Below the pieces are notes generated by a model. That model ran no database searches. It saw nothing but the letters and a program-made list of their open reading frames with translations, and was not told the origin of the DNA. The position numbers and the translations under genes were made by a program. DNA of 63,699 nucleotides, counting the filler, from Bigelowiella natans CCMP2755 (lineage: Eukaryota; Protista; Cercozoa): assembly GCA_000320545.1 (NCBI GenBank). It is 6 parts of 6 records of this genome, joined end to end, with 100 filler letters (N's around TTAATTAATTAA, not from the genome) between each part and the next. Parts side by side here need not be neighbours in the genome. Positions count along the whole stretch, not along the records: positions 1 to 31,200 come from ADNK01001087.1; positions 31,301 to 50,602 come from ADNK01002655.1; 4 more parts are not named here. One strand, written 5' to 3'. Position 1 is the first letter of the stretch. Every line of letters starts with the position of its first letter. This document shows positions 23,855-37,892 of the stretch, piece after piece.

Positions 23855-23899
23855 GTGTGTGTGTATGTATGTACATATGTATATACATACATATGTGGG

Positions 23900-24620
23900 T
23901 GGGGGGGACTGCGACAGTAGTGTACGCACCATCATTTGCTGAGAGCAATGTCAGCACATGCATGACGAAGCTAACAAGCTAGACATTTAGACATGTGAGT
24001 AGTGAAATGGCAGTCATCAGCGGACGCGTGTGCAAACTAGCCACACATGCCCAGACAGAAATGCATATGTGTGATCGATGTGTGAGACGGATGCAATGAA
24101 GTGATTGAAGTTCTTTTCAATGGTCATCCTGGTCTTGAACGTGGCTGTGCAGAGCATTGGCTGCGCAGCGCTCACGCTGCATGCTATGATCGATGTGATG
24201 ATGCGTGATGCATGGCAGTGCATGCTGTATGAATTGTTGTCTGTACGTCTGACCTGCCGCTAGCTAGCTAGGCTAACAGGGCCTAGAGTTCAGACTGAAT
24301 GATGTCACACATGAATGACGCAGACACAGCAATGTGACATGTACACACATCATGTGTGTAGTACATTGCACAACATTGCATGTCCATCATAAGTACACCT
24401 AATCGACACAGCAATATAATATATATATCATATATATAGTATATTGCATGTCCATCATATGATGTTGCGCCGCATGCTTCCATTGATGTCAATTTGAGCC
24501 AACAAGTGACAAAGTAGTAAACATCGCTACGACCTACGATGCGGCGCCGCAAGCAAGGGAATGCCATAGCTGAAATCCAACTCAACATGTGCTCGCAGGC
24601 TGAAATAGATGTCAATTGCG
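23900..24620. terminator. CTAG/CATG-rich spacer between convergent RPA2 and unknown gene
   Basis: 6 CTAG in 23940-24300 including ctagctagctag, with dense CATG/TGCA. Confidence 0.4.
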
Positions 24621-24843
24621 AATAACATTTTCCCTGTTTAGTATTGTTTAATATCACTTTCCCCCCTATTTATCAACGTGTAACAGAACTGTGCTGAAGC
24701 ACACGAGGAATCCAATGGTTTTGACCCGCTATTCTCCTAGTTGAGAGTTCCCAGTACCATGTGTCTTGCATTTCGCTATTAGATCATGAATCGTCGACTT
24801 TTGACGGTGAGAAGAGAACGACAAAACAAACTTTTCCTCCTTA

Positions 24844-27089
24844 TCATTGCTCTGATGGAAATAGGTTGAAAATGAACTCAGTCACATAGCACAGCCTCTT
24901 AATGGTTTCGTTCGCATCATTAATATTGGGAAAACGGAGTCCAACCTTGGTAATCTTGAGCGTAGACGAAAGCGGTTCTTTTCCCGAAACCATTTTGGCT
25001 TGGGACACTCTGAGCTGATATACGGGCTCTTCCCAAGGCGCTGCGTGCGAGTACGAATAGAGCCACATTTCAGCCTCCTCCTCATTCTTCACGATCTACA
25101 GATACAAATTCAAATACAAATACAGCAACCAACAACAGTAGCACTATGAGCGAAGGATAGAGATTACGAAGGGGAGGAAGGGATATTCTACAGTGCATCT
25201 CTGATGATAAAAATAACTATTAGTAGTAGTGGTAGTCATCAATTGTAGTCTTCTCTCCTCCCATTATTTTATCTTCGGGCTTGCATTTTCTTCCTCTCTC
25301 TGTAGTTTTGAGTCATATCGTAATGTATTAGGTATTCACCACACAAAGGCAACAAACGCTCATTAAAACTACTGCCACGCTTTCACCACTCTCCTCCTCC
25401 TCCCCCTCCTCCTACTACTACCCGGTAGAAGTAAGCGCCTGGTTGAAACTTAGGCTTCCACGAGTAGGACGTGTGCTTGATGTTTATGATGCCCTCGAAA
25501 ATCTTGTTCTGCTCCATTGCAATCTGAAAGGAGATAGATGTCATTACTATCATTATCATCATCATCATCATCGCGGTCGTCGTCGTCGTTATCATCATCG
25601 TCATCCATATTATGCTCACACAATGCTACTACTGCTACACCACATCTACTACCCTTCCGCATAGCTGTTGTAGGGCTTGACTCCATTCTCTGTTGTCTGT
25701 TGGCAGCACGTCGATGTTGTACGCTTGCCAGCTCTTCGCAACGTCCTTTCCCCTGGTAAAGACGTATAGATAGATACCGCACAGCACAAGTCACGATGAC
25801 GACGTTCATGATGGCATTGAAGTTGAAGAAGAAGTAGAAGTAGAAAAAGAGGAAGGAGAAGGAGATATCGATGTTGCTGCTGATTATTACGAAATCAAGA
25901 GTCGAGACATGCAATAACAGTGATAAATTTTGCAGCAGTACTGCGACTGAGAGGTGAATCTACATACACCATCTGCTTTTGTCTTCTTCCGATAATAATA
26001 CCACAACGCCCTTCATACCTTCTAAGCCTGAGGCGTTTCTTTTGATTATCCGCATCATCATCAGCAGCAGCAGCACCAATACCCGCCGTTGTATTCATCA
26101 ACTGGTTGTGATAGAAGAGGAAGAAGAAGAAGGTGAAGAAGGAGAAGAAGAAGAAGAAGGTGAAGAAGGAGATGATGATGATGGTGAGAATACACAAAAT
26201 GATTATTACGGCAACATTGCTGCTTCAGGATGCCAAGTTGATGATGATGGTTGTGTCCAGAAAACACGCTACCACTAGTCGGTTACTCACCGCATGGGGG
26301 AAATCATTCCCTAATGCCTCTGCTGATGCTAAGTCTGGCTCTCCGATTTTGGCAAAATCCTTCACTAGCCTGTAATCATGCACCCATACGCATCACCACC
26401 ACCACCACCATCATCATAATGGTCATCATCATTCTCATCTCCACTCTCCATTACGTCTGGTAAGAATATATGTGAGTAGTAGTAGTGCGTTACTACATTA
26501 GCGTCCTCTCCTGCACGGCTGCCTCTCTGATATTGCAGATGTCCCTTAGCCCGTGCACCTCTGATACCGAGTATGCGAAGATGGTTGCGTCCGCCTAAAA
26601 TAGTAGCACACCGCATAGCGGGGGGGGGGCAGCTCGTAAATATGTGGATTGTGTGTGCGTTGTGTGTGTGTGTGTGTCATTGTCGGCATCTATAGGTGTA
26701 TAGATGGTCTTAAATACAGCAAACTGAACTGCATACTTGACACAACTGAACTGCATACTTGACACAACTGAACTACATACTTGACACAACTAATCTAAGC
26801 GTCGTCGTCTTGCTCCAAATGCATACAGGGAATGGTAAGTACGCCTTCGTCAAGGGATGGCCAACGCCACACCACTACTACTACTACTACTACTAAGTAG
26901 TAGTAGTAGTAGTAGTAGTGCTGCAGTAGGAATAATAATAATAATAGTAATAATAATAAAATAATAATAATAATAATAATACCATGACGGCGCGTTGGAC
27001 GGCCTTTTTATCGACTGGATTAGGAATGTGCGTAACGGTGAGCTTGTTGTTCATGCCCGCAGCCCACATCTGTTAACTAACTAACTATA

Positions 27090-27142
<53 letters not shown>

Positions 27143-27199
27143 TTGTACGCAATGCAGCGACGGATGATGGACTTGGTGATGATGATTATAATGATGCTA

Positions 27200-27232
<33 letters not shown>

Positions 27233-27720
27233 GTGAAGTTGGTGGTAATTGTTGATGATGGATTGCTGAAGAATGGCCCCATCCTTAGCAGGGGCTAACA
27301 GGCATAAACCACAAACTTGCCAACGATAGAGTGTTTGTGTTACTGCCGCTAATATAATCACTTATCACCCAACCTCGATATAGGGTGGGATCTTTCCTTT
27401 CTTGTCGCCTCCAAGTACAACCACCGAGGCTGATAGATTCTCCGGCCGCAGACGGAAGCTGCGCACGCAGCGCAGTCCTGGAGACGTGTACGAGCTGATG
27501 ATGCTCGCGATGCTTTCGTAGGAGAGGCGTCGCTCCACATTTTGCCGCTGTTCTGCAGTGGGGGAAACAAGCGTGGCAGATAGCGATAAACGCCGTTGGC
27601 CTCCTGGCATCAGGGCCTGATGAAATGGTGACGATGATGATGATGGTGTAAGCGTAATGCTTGATCAAAGCGCCAGCAATGCTGGGCGATGATGGGGTAA
27701 AAATAAGAATGATATCACAC

Positions 27721-27751
<31 letters not shown>

Positions 27752-28002
27752 GTCGTCGTCGTCGTTTTGCTAGTGGAGCGGTGTGTTGTGGAGCATTCAG
27801 GAGTATGAAACAATCGTTATATGCTGCAAGAAACACACATCGTTTCTCGATAGAGCATCGAACACGGCGATCGAAATCCAACGTCCTGAGCATAGTGTAA
27901 GTGGGTATTGCATATATGTGTGTATGTATATAATATTTATCAATGTAAGTATTAGAGCGAAATAGTAGCTCGAAAAGAGTTCATTTCTCTGGTAGCATCA
28001 CT

Positions 28003-28040
<38 letters not shown>

Positions 28041-28057
28041 CATACATGCATGCATGC

Positions 28058-28097
<40 letters not shown>

Positions 28098-28977
28098 CAG
28101 TCTCATGGAAGAAGAAGAAAAAGAAGAAGAGGCGAATGCCGCAACGGATCATAAGCAGAGCACAGCATCATCAAATACTTGCGAATGCCGCAGCGGACAC
28201 GGGCATGTACGGCTTTGATTTCCTCGATGGGGGAGGCGTGATGTTTCGAACGGCCACTTTCCGATCGATGGAGAGCCTTCTGATATCAGTGTGACGGCCC
28301 TTGCGGAAGGTGTGGTAGAGGTTCAGGTTCTCCTCCTCGACTAAGTCTAAATATATCCAATTCTCCCTGCCGCAGGTGACACCCACCTTTTGTTTGGTGG
28401 GTGATGGGTGATCGGGAGGGGGAGGAGGAGGAGGAGGAAGTTTACAATAATTTCAAACCATGCACACATAGTAAATTGTCTAAATCACACAGATTAACAT
28501 ATTGGGGGGGGGGTGATGGTGGGCGGCCTTACGAAGAGCTTTATTTCTGCTGTTGTTGCATGGCGCACTCTCTTCTCTCCTATCGTCGTATCTCCTCTCA
28601 CTACTATTACGCACTACCAATCCGGACATGAGCTGGCAAATGTATTGATTGTGGGGGCACTTGTAGCGGTAGTCGTCCTTCTCGTTGGGAAGGTGTAGGA
28701 TGAATTCGTTGGACGCGGAGGAGCATGTTATCCATTTAAGCGACTCGTACGTGTATCTACAAGGCAGCATCGGCAGCAAAGTGGTGGTGGTGGTGATGGT
28801 GATGATGATGATGATGATGATGGCATGATATGATATGATCGGTGTCGTCAAGCCGAGGAGGAGGAGATGCATATGTGAGTGTGTATGTGGGCTTATGACG
28901 AGTCGGAAGCACGTTTTGTTTGTTTGTTTTTGTTGCTGAAGTATCATATCATCGTTCGCATCCATTGCATATAAGCA

Positions 28978-29026
<49 letters not shown>

Positions 29027-29320
29027 ACTATACTACTATACTACTGCAGCAACAACCCAAAACTACTAGCAAGCGCTATTAGTGCACACGACGCCCTTAT
29101 CACCTCCAGTTGAAAACGTATTCGGTCTCTTCCTTGCCTTTTTTCTTCGTGGTGCTTCTCTTGAAGTTATAGAATGAGCGAGAAGACAGAACCTTAAGAT
29201 GGAAAGCAGGCAGTGGTGATATTAGTACCGATGACAACGATAGTGCTGCACGAGAGTGGCCACATGCTCGACGTTCTATTTCGCTAGATTACCAGTACAC
29301 GCTGCTGGTACACGCCCCGG

Positions 29321-29360
<40 letters not shown>

Positions 29361-29624
29361 CAAACAACCAAACAGCAGAGACAAGGAACGATGAAGAAAG
29401 AAGCCATGATGATGATGATGATGATGATGATGATTGCCCCTTTAGATTGATATTACATGGTTAGTACACCATCGAGTAGTACTGCATCATCGAGGAGTGC
29501 AACATCTCCTTTCATCTCCCAATCTTTCATAGAGAAAACTCTGCCTGTGCGGCAGTATGGCGTTGCTCGTCGTTGTGAGCATCGAATCATCTAGTTTTAC
29601 TGCTGCTGCTGCTGCTGCTGCTAG

Positions 29625-29656
<32 letters not shown>

Positions 29657-29848
29657 TTCCTAATACTTACTACCTGTCGACCACTTTTGTACTAATCCCG
29701 CCCACACCAACTTCTCGTTTCCGAAGTTGCTAAGCTTTTCCATTAGCTTTTTATCATCAAGTTATTGGTATTTGGTGACATTAGTATGCGGTCTTTTTAT
29801 TGTGCATCGATGTGGTAGTAGTAGCAGCAGTAGTAGTAGTATCAGTGT

Positions 29849-29889
<41 letters not shown>

Positions 29890-30246
29890 TAGTAGTTGGC
29901 GAATGTTATGGTCATGGTGATGATATTGACGGAAAATGCAGAGAAAAGATGACGAAGAGGAGGAGGGGGAAAGAAGGAGAGGAATGTTTTGATGAGGGAA
30001 AACCCACCGCCATCATCATCAGCATTATTGTTATCATTCAATATATCAATCAAAGAGATAGCCAAAGAGTTGTCATTTCAGATATTGTCGAATGTAGCAT
30101 TGCGGTTAAATTCAAAGAACGCCATTTAAAAGGGGCGGGGCCAGGGGGGGGGGGCACAGCACCTTTTCATTCATTTTGATTTCTTCAGTTAAATCTATTT
30201 CTTGCCACAATGAGTCCGTAGGCTTCTCCAGTCCTCCTGTGGGACG

Positions 30247-30277
<31 letters not shown>

Positions 30278-30683
30278 TTATCATCATCATCTTCTTCTTC
30301 CGTCGTTGCTGTTGCTAATATACATTCTGTCCTCGACTATCACATGCATATTATCCTTGATGTTCTTCTTGCTATTTTCCTCACCCTCCCTGTCCTTGAA
30401 GAGATTCCTGCGAGCATTTGACTTCCGGTCAGCTTTGAATGACAACGTTACCTGCAGATATGAGATGGAACGAATGGCCGATCACACACTGATCACACCA
30501 ATCAAACGATTCCCAAGGCTACGTGCTCTCCCCATCCTGCCTTGAGCCTTGCCCCCCTCCCCTCCCACTTCTCTTTATATCTTCACTGCAATTTTACCAT
30601 GAGGTTATTTGAGATGGACTTCTTCTTGCAAGCCTGAATCATCATCGATAGTATAAGGATAATGAAAATACATATTTATAAAG

Positions 30684-30717
<34 letters not shown>

Positions 30718-30960
30718 GTCAACAACAACAACAACAACAATAGCAATGAGCATGGAGAAAGAACACAATGGAGAATGTATCCTCAGCATTCGTTAGTTCT
30801 TTCATCCTCCTTACAGCTGTAGCCCCATCGATTGTTATTACTACCATTACAACAACTACTACTAATACTAATACTAATACTACCTCGTCGATATCAGGTT
30901 TCGAGAGACTTATCTGTGTAGCATTGTGCATCCTTGTATTGAACCTTAAAACATGATCAA
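24844..30960 (-). CDS. Unknown multi-exon protein containing a TH1/PH-like segment; 5' end uncertain (runs toward the gap)
   Basis: GT-AG bounded coding-like exons such as YTYESLKWITCSSASNEFILHLPNEKDDYRY (~28670-28757), GVTCGRENWIYLDL, ENLSASVVVLGGDKKGK, IAMEQNKIFEGIINIK and a terminal exon ending FPSEQ* (24844). ITxSxxSxEFILHxPxExDYRY resembles myosin-TH1/PH-like domains (recalled similarity, not searched). Confidence 0.55.
26722..26791. repeat. 22-bp tandem repeat x3 (AACTGAACTGCATACTTGACAC), intronic
   Basis: Three direct copies; the third has CTACA where the others have CTGCA. Confidence 0.9.
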
Positions 30961-31200
30961 TGCATAGATAGTAGCCACTTCATCATCAGCCAGTCACGAA
31001 CGATGCGACGACATATTTCTGGCCTATTGTTATGAGTTATTCTAACAAGTTATATTTGCACATTCAAGAGAGAGGGGGGGGGGGGGGGGGGGGGGAAACT
31101 TATTTCCCCACCCAAAATGAAAAAACTTGGCCCCTTTCTTTCCCATCTTCGTCTTGGGGGGAAAAAAAGAATTTTGACATCTTCCGAAACATGGAGGGGG

Positions 31201-31300
31201 NNNNNNNNNNNNNNNNNNNNNNNNNNNNNNNNNNNNNNNNNNNNTTAATTAATTAANNNNNNNNNNNNNNNNNNNNNNNNNNNNNNNNNNNNNNNNNNNN
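31201..31300. other. Assembly gap linker N-TTAATTAATTAA-N (also 50603-50702, 54764-54863, 56712-56811, 61975-62074)
   Basis: Identical 100-nt N runs with a central all-frame stop linker; artificial. Confidence 0.98.
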
Positions 31301-32813
31301 GGGGGAGGGTCTTGAGCGAAGCATCGCATTGCCAACGCACGCTATTACGAGTAGGTGCCGCTGCTGCAGATGCTGCACTTACAATCCGACCTTCAGGCTA
31401 ACAAGGTGAGAGCATATGTATGAGAAGTAACGTGTCTGTTAGAGGTCGGGGGGGGGGGGGATAATAGATGAATGCGGTGAGAGATGTATAAATATGTATA
31501 AATGGACAAAACTTTGCGTGCAAGCAAGCAAGTCAGCGCGCACAAACACACCATAGAAATAAAACAGAATTATATGCATGTAATATGCATGCATATGAGT
31601 ATTGAATACTCTTTTGGAATCGGTTGTTGTTGTTGTTGGCTGTTGTCCGTGTCTCCGGCGCACATCGTAAGGTCTACATGGCCTTGGTGATCCTTGTGAT
31701 TCTCACCGAAGACGCGTCCTTCTCCGACACGCTGCACACGCGCCTCACGGTAAGATGATAACGATATAGCGCCTCCTCCCACCGAGAACTCTTAGCAAAA
31801 TGCATCGAGAGGATGATGATAATGATAATAAAAATCAATGGAAAGACGAAGGAGAAGATGAAGATGGAGATTTGAGCAAATTTATGAGCGTCGGTGACCG
31901 AAACACATCGCTGAGCAGGCATGCTGACGGCATTATTCTGGATGGTTATTGCTGCTGCTGCCTGCTTTTCACTTCTTGGATATACACAACACACATAGCA
32001 ACCATAAAAACACACACACACACATACACACACACACACATACACACATACACACATCCTCGGCCCTTTATTTCCCTATTCCTCTGCCCAATTGTAGATG
32101 GAGAAGGTGCCATGGTTTACCCACCGCAGTCTCAGCGATATCTCCCTCGGTACTGTCCTGCACGGTTGTATTGCTGCACTTGTGCTCGTAATTGACGGCG
32201 AGAAGCAGGAGGATATGATTTGCTGTTTTTGTGTTTTTAACATATGGAACTTACTGAGAACAATAACGCTCTCCCCCCCCCCCCCGCCCCCTTGTCTTTC
32301 CCTGCGTTGCGGGTGATGACGATACAGGGAGCTTGAGCACCGTGGTATTAGTGCGGACAGTGAAGAAGAATATGGCTCAGGTTGCAAGATACCTTGCATT
32401 TTATGATAACGAATCGATATGAAAGCAAACCGTTCTTGTTGTTAAATGAAAGGGAAGAGAGCTGCATCTTGTGACGAATTGCCTCGGGGCGTTGGTAAAC
32501 ATGGCCCCAAACGCAGGGCAACTCCACCCTCCGCCGCAGTCTACAGGTTGTTTCCCGATTGAATTTTTAGCTGTTTTCGCCTTCGCACGGCGGATATATT
32601 GTGATGCTGGTGGTGTGTGTAGCAGCATATGTACTTGCATTTTGCCTGGTTGTGGTGGTATGTGAGCGATATATATCTTGGTTACGTGTGGTAAGTTGTG
32701 TTTGGGTTTTTCCCACTCCCTCCTCCCCCCCCCCCCTCCCGGGCTTAGCAAATAACGGAGCTGATAGCCCTGCTTACAAGACGGTAGTGAGATAATATAA
32801 TTTTTTTCTATAA

Positions 32814-32854
<41 letters not shown>

Positions 32855-33492
32855 CCTATAAGTACACATATAATTTATTTATTTACTTTTTAAAAATAAT
32901 TTCACTGATCTCCTCGATATATTCGGTTTAACAGTTCGTTATTGCCACAGAAGGATCTTCGTATAATATATATATATATATATATATATACGTACAGATA
33001 GAGAGAGGGAGACTTTAAAGAAACACAATCCTCCTATAGGTTCACACGCGTTTTGAAGACTGCCGCAGAGGCAAAGCAGGGTGCTGCTGCTAACGATGGC
33101 GAGGACTATGACGGTATGAAGCCTGCTGTTATAATTGCCAAAATCAATCGAAAATATCGGTTGAATTACACACGAGCCCTCCCCTTCCCACATACACACG
33201 GGAATTATTATGCACAGAAGGAGGAGAGCTAGAGATGGTTTCTGAGGTAGTGCGTCTGAGCTTGCAGATTGCAGCAGCAAGTCTCAATGATCGGTAGGAA
33301 ATGATAGCATATCACCGTGGAGTTATGTGCGATTACGTGGTATGAAACGCTCTACTTGTGTGTACCATGTATGAAGCCGTGCGTGCGGGGGAAATGCTAT
33401 TATAGCTTTTATTTTCTTTTTCTTTTTTTCCTTTTTTTTTTTGGCTTGATTCACTAATAATCCCGAGGGAGTCCGAGTGCGAATGCGTGTGT

Positions 33493-33530
<38 letters not shown>

Positions 33531-34729
33531 TATTGCTGTTGCGATGTTGTGTTCGCGTCAGCATGCACACAGCCGATTCTAAGTCAATTATTCGTTTGGG
33601 TTTTTTGTTTGGACTGATATATGCCGCACACACAGGGCGCTAGCGAGCAACAAGCATCTTATATACTCTCTATTATACCAGAGGAGCAGCGCCCTGCTGC
33701 CTCTGCTCCAAAGCAGAAGGTGAGGAATCCTTCAACCATTAAGCCGCATCATGCATGCCCCATAGAAGCTAGAGAACGTGCGACAGAGCGAAGGGCGTTT
33801 TCCTCATTCCGAGATGTGGTTTATGGTGTTTTTTGCGTCTTGGCTCAGATTCGATGACATCGTAGTCCCCCTTAACGCTTTTCTAGATGCGATTGAAACG
33901 GTGAGGCCGTCGGACTGGGGGTTAGGGGGGGGAAGGGGGAGGGGGGTAGTGGCGAGGAGGGGTCCACGGGCAATGAAAGCGATGTGAAACATAATTCTCG
34001 CTTTCGCTCATATCTGAAATTCCTTAGGGAATATCAGAGGAAGAAACTAACACAGGGGTGGAGGCGACCGTGAGGCTTATTGAAGGGCTGGTTTTGCATA
34101 GCAAAACGGTAATCGATGGAGGGGTTCTTCTCCTAGTGCGTTCAACAGCAGCAGCGTGCATGTATGCGTTCGAAAGCGTTCTTCAGAGAGGGCTCCTTGC
34201 TTTGAGTTTGCATTGTATTTGAAACGTTAGGGTTTGAATGCTGCATTTGAATCACTATTTAGACCCTTCCTTCGATCGCCATCTCGCCTGCGAAGTTTCA
34301 GTATGAGGTAGTACGACTCCTCGTTGTAGGCCTCCTTCTGTTACTCTTAGCAGTTTGTGCATTTGTTAGTTTATCTATGTATTTTATCTCCTCCCCTTTC
34401 CCCCCCCACCCTGCCCCTCTTCTATGGACACAAACACACGCGCGCGCGCACGTACACACATATACCCACGTCCGCGTCATTCTCCCCCCTCTGCCAATCT
34501 TAATCGATCTTCTACTCCTTAGGAGCAAGAGAGCTCCGAGTCGTTCTTCATACCGTATCTTTGGGATATTATCTTGTCCCTCGACGCCATTCCCTTCCTC
34601 GTGACCAAAGACGAAGATGGAGCTGAGGACGTGTACAGTAATGAATGCAAAGAAGCAAAGCAGCAGGGAACGGCGGTGATGACGGCGGGGAATGCCTTTG
34701 AAGGGGGGGGGGGAAGCGAGGAGGTTTAG
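31301..34729 (+). CDS. DYM: Dymeclin, C-terminal half, multi-exon (5' part lost in the gap)
   Basis: Exons give VYMALVILVILTED, VPWFTHRSLSDISLG|SLSTVVLVRTVKKNM, TNCLGALVNMAP, NKHLIYSLLYQR, AKFQYE|EQESSESFFIPYLW. These match dymeclin motifs YMALIILLILTED, ISLGSL, TNCLAALANM, NPNLVYALLY and FKYVEEEQPEEFFIPYVW. Confidence 0.88.
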
Positions 34730-34829
34730 TTATGAATGCTGTGCTGCTCCGGCTGCGGATAAGACGTGGCAATGCGAGGGAAGTAAATAGTAGAAGGGAA
34801 ATAAGATGGCAAACGTTACATGATGCACG

Positions 34830-35400
34830 GGTTGCCTATCGATGAAAACGAGTACCTACTATGCACCAGATGTTGATGTTGTCTGATGACGGTAGCTAGG
34901 TAGTCATACATCGCTAGATCGCATTATTCGCCATTGTCTCGTTAATTGTATCGCTGCCTGAGTGTCAGCAGGTCACAGACGCGATTTGTATCGAACTTTC
35001 CTTTGCGCAGTGCTCGAGTGCGGTGCCGCCTAGCCACCGTGCGCGTGCAATGCTAGAATGCTAGCATGCTAGCATGGCTATATCCAGATATATGGCAAGC
35101 TGCAAGCGCCACTAAATATATATTGTGTTGTTGCGCTAGTATATCTAGCTGCCAGATACGCTGCTAGGCTAGTTCACTAAAGGCCACATGTATTGTATTT
35201 GTTTCAATCATAGCCTGGATCGCTTCAGCAAGACCTAGCTAGCTATAGGCATTACTAATAAGCTTAGAAGATTTGCGCGGCAGGCAGCTGCAAGTGTCTG
35301 GTCATGTTATGAGCACAAAACCATGCACACGCATGATAAGACATTGCTTATCATTTACACTTTGGGATTGTGGCGCAGTGTTGAGATGTTCAGATATGTA
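34830..35400. terminator. CTAG-rich spacer between convergent dymeclin and MEMO1
   Basis: About 12 CTAG in 34890-35250, for example tgctagaatgctagcatgctagcatg. Confidence 0.45.
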
Positions 35401-35533
35401 TGTCTAAATGTATACACTTGGATATATGCGTTTTGATGAAGTTTACAAGCAGCAGGGCGCAGTAATGTTAAATTATACTCGGATGTGCCTTCCATGGATG
35501 AACGATAGGCCGCGAATAATAAGAGATCTTTAC

Positions 35534-37593
35534 TTATCTCCGTTTCTCTTTCTGCTCGCCATCGTCCTGGTTACTACAGAAGTGGCATACGGCTGCTGCG
35601 TAGCTCACAGAGCTGTCTTGCTTGTGTCGCACCTTGCTCGACTGTGAGTAGTGCACGAACTTCATCTTTGGGTGCTCCTTGTCTTTAAATGCAATGATCG
35701 CCTGATGAGTGTCGATGAGCAATAATTGTTTCCAAACACTTCAATTCATCTTCCGCATTTTTTTGAAAGGAACATTTCTCTGATATGTCGGAGAAGCAAC
35801 TTTGTATTCTGTCATTATTCTTTAGTAGCAGGGCAAGGACCCCCCCCCTGCCATGCCCCCCCCCCCCTTTGCCTCTCATATCGATATTAAATATCCCCGC
35901 CGCCCTTCCCCTTCAATGCGCTTCTAATTCTCTGTGAAGGTGCAGCAGGGCTCTTACGTTCAGAAATACACCGATCGGATGCCTCCCGCAAATGGTGTTC
36001 CGAAAGGTCTTTAGATACGATGTGAAGCCCTTGGGATCCTGTCAAACGAGGAGGAATATCACTATCATCAGCTTTGCATAGGAGTTGATTCTCTCTTTCA
36101 TTTCATAGCGAACGTTTTAGCTTTTGAAAACAGCAGTAGGTCGGCATTTACTACTACCACCCCCGCTACAACAAACAGATCGCAGTGACGAGGGCAAGAC
36201 CAATGACTCAATGAGCGACATTCCCTTCCGATCGAGCGCTTCGATTGACTGCCATACTTCTCCGCAGCTCTTATCGTACCTACAGGGAGGAGCAACGTGA
36301 GGGGTTGTAAGCACCTGATGCTTACTGTGATGCTGGGCCGTATCGAAATGCATTTCTATCGTCGTCTTCGCGCGTATGCAGAATGTTTTTTCTTGGAAAG
36401 CTCCTCGCTGATTGGATATATCCGGACTATTATTCATCGTCCGTCGCACCATGTGTATCGAAAGCGTGATCCCCAGTGGCAGAAGTCTGAGGATATGACG
36501 AAGAAGTTCTCCGGCTCCTTCATAAACTGAGTATGATGGCGAGGAGATGAGATGATGACGTAGGGAGGAGATCTTAAAAATCTCTCAAACTGCAACATAT
36601 TAATAATACCGGCGCTAAAATCTCTCCGTACACCTTTTCCGCCTTCGCGCTTAAACTTCCAACCTAAAAGATGGAGAACAACAAAGGAGAGGCGTGAACG
36701 CTACGAACGACTAAACACCGTCAAATGGGAAAAACTGCATGCTTTCAAAAAGCCAGAAGGATAATGCAAAGTAGGGTTTCACCGACCAGAATTGGCACAA
36801 GCGTAAAATCAACCCCTTCCATTATTTTCGCGATGTAGGGAAGGTGCAGTTCAATGCTGTGCTCCTCCTCGTCTACGCTAAGGTCCATCATCTCAAACTT
36901 CCCCGTCTTATACAGCTGCGAGATAATCGCCGTGTCGATTGGAATATTGCCGAGAGGAGTCTCATAGCTGCCAGACCATACGTACAAAGAGGATATTAAC
37001 GAATGATCATTAATCTATATAAATTGGAGAGATTGATGAGTACTAGGCGCATGGATTGAACGCACCTTTTGCAAGCAGTTAACTCACACCCATCAGTGTA
37101 GTGATGATGCGATGGCCCCATAATGAATATCCGCTTCACTTTCTTCGGATTAATATATTTGTAGGCGTACGCAGAGGTAGGACCCGAATACGAGAATCCG
37201 GCATGGCTGTAAATCGTAAGAGGTGCACACAAACAAGAAGGCATTTCAAACAAAAATTCCCCAGTTGGATCAAGCAGCGAACATACGGTCCAATAATTCC
37301 TCGACAGGGGACGCCAGACGCTTCCGGATCTTTGGCATCTGCTAGCCATTTATCCATTTGAGCGTTGAGCTTCTTTGCTGAGAATTTTGATTAACATTTA
37401 ATTTTCCGCTTGAATGCAGCACGGAAGTAGTTTTTGTATAAGCATAACTGCGGGCAAGCGTCTCAGTGTTTCTCGAATAAAAATTCAAAAAAGGTGAAGT
37501 GACAAATGTAAAATGTTCGTTCTTCCGAAGAGACTCACCGTTGTCCGTGTACCAAGAGCCCGCATGAGATGCAGCTCTCGTTCCACTCTCCAT
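35534..37593 (-). CDS. MEMO1: MEMO1 family protein, multi-exon
   Basis: [14 protein letters not shown]|[82 protein letters not shown]. Confidence 0.95.
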
Positions 37594-37892
37594 TCTTCGA
37601 GCAGCAATTGGCAATGCTTTTGGGAAGCTTTTACTTTTGAAATAAATGTATGCCATTTTCTATGTACGACAACGCCAAATCGTTGGCGCACTATAATTTC
37701 GTCATTGGACTCTCCTACGTAAAGATGCATTTTCGGTAAAAATTCCTAGAAAGTGTCCGCTGTGCTGCTCAGCGACCTCGGAAGGAAAAGGAATGGGTTC
37801 CGATGGAATAATGTACGCGAATTTTTTTTTGGATGTATGTTCGATATAATTTTGTCTAAAATTGTTGCATACTCAGATATGAAGAAGCTCCG

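Noticed and set aside
26722-26791. Direct repeats as a CRISPR array
   Set aside because: The units are contiguous with no spacers, lie in a eukaryotic intron, and no cas genes are present.
31245-31256. TTAATTAATTAA motif repeated five times in the window
   Set aside because: Always centred in 100-nt N runs, so it is an artificial contig linker. Adjacency across these gaps is not assumed.
31570-31782. Minus-strand ORF as a continuation of the 24.8-31 kb gene
   Set aside because: The plus strand here encodes the dymeclin motif VYMALVILVILTED.
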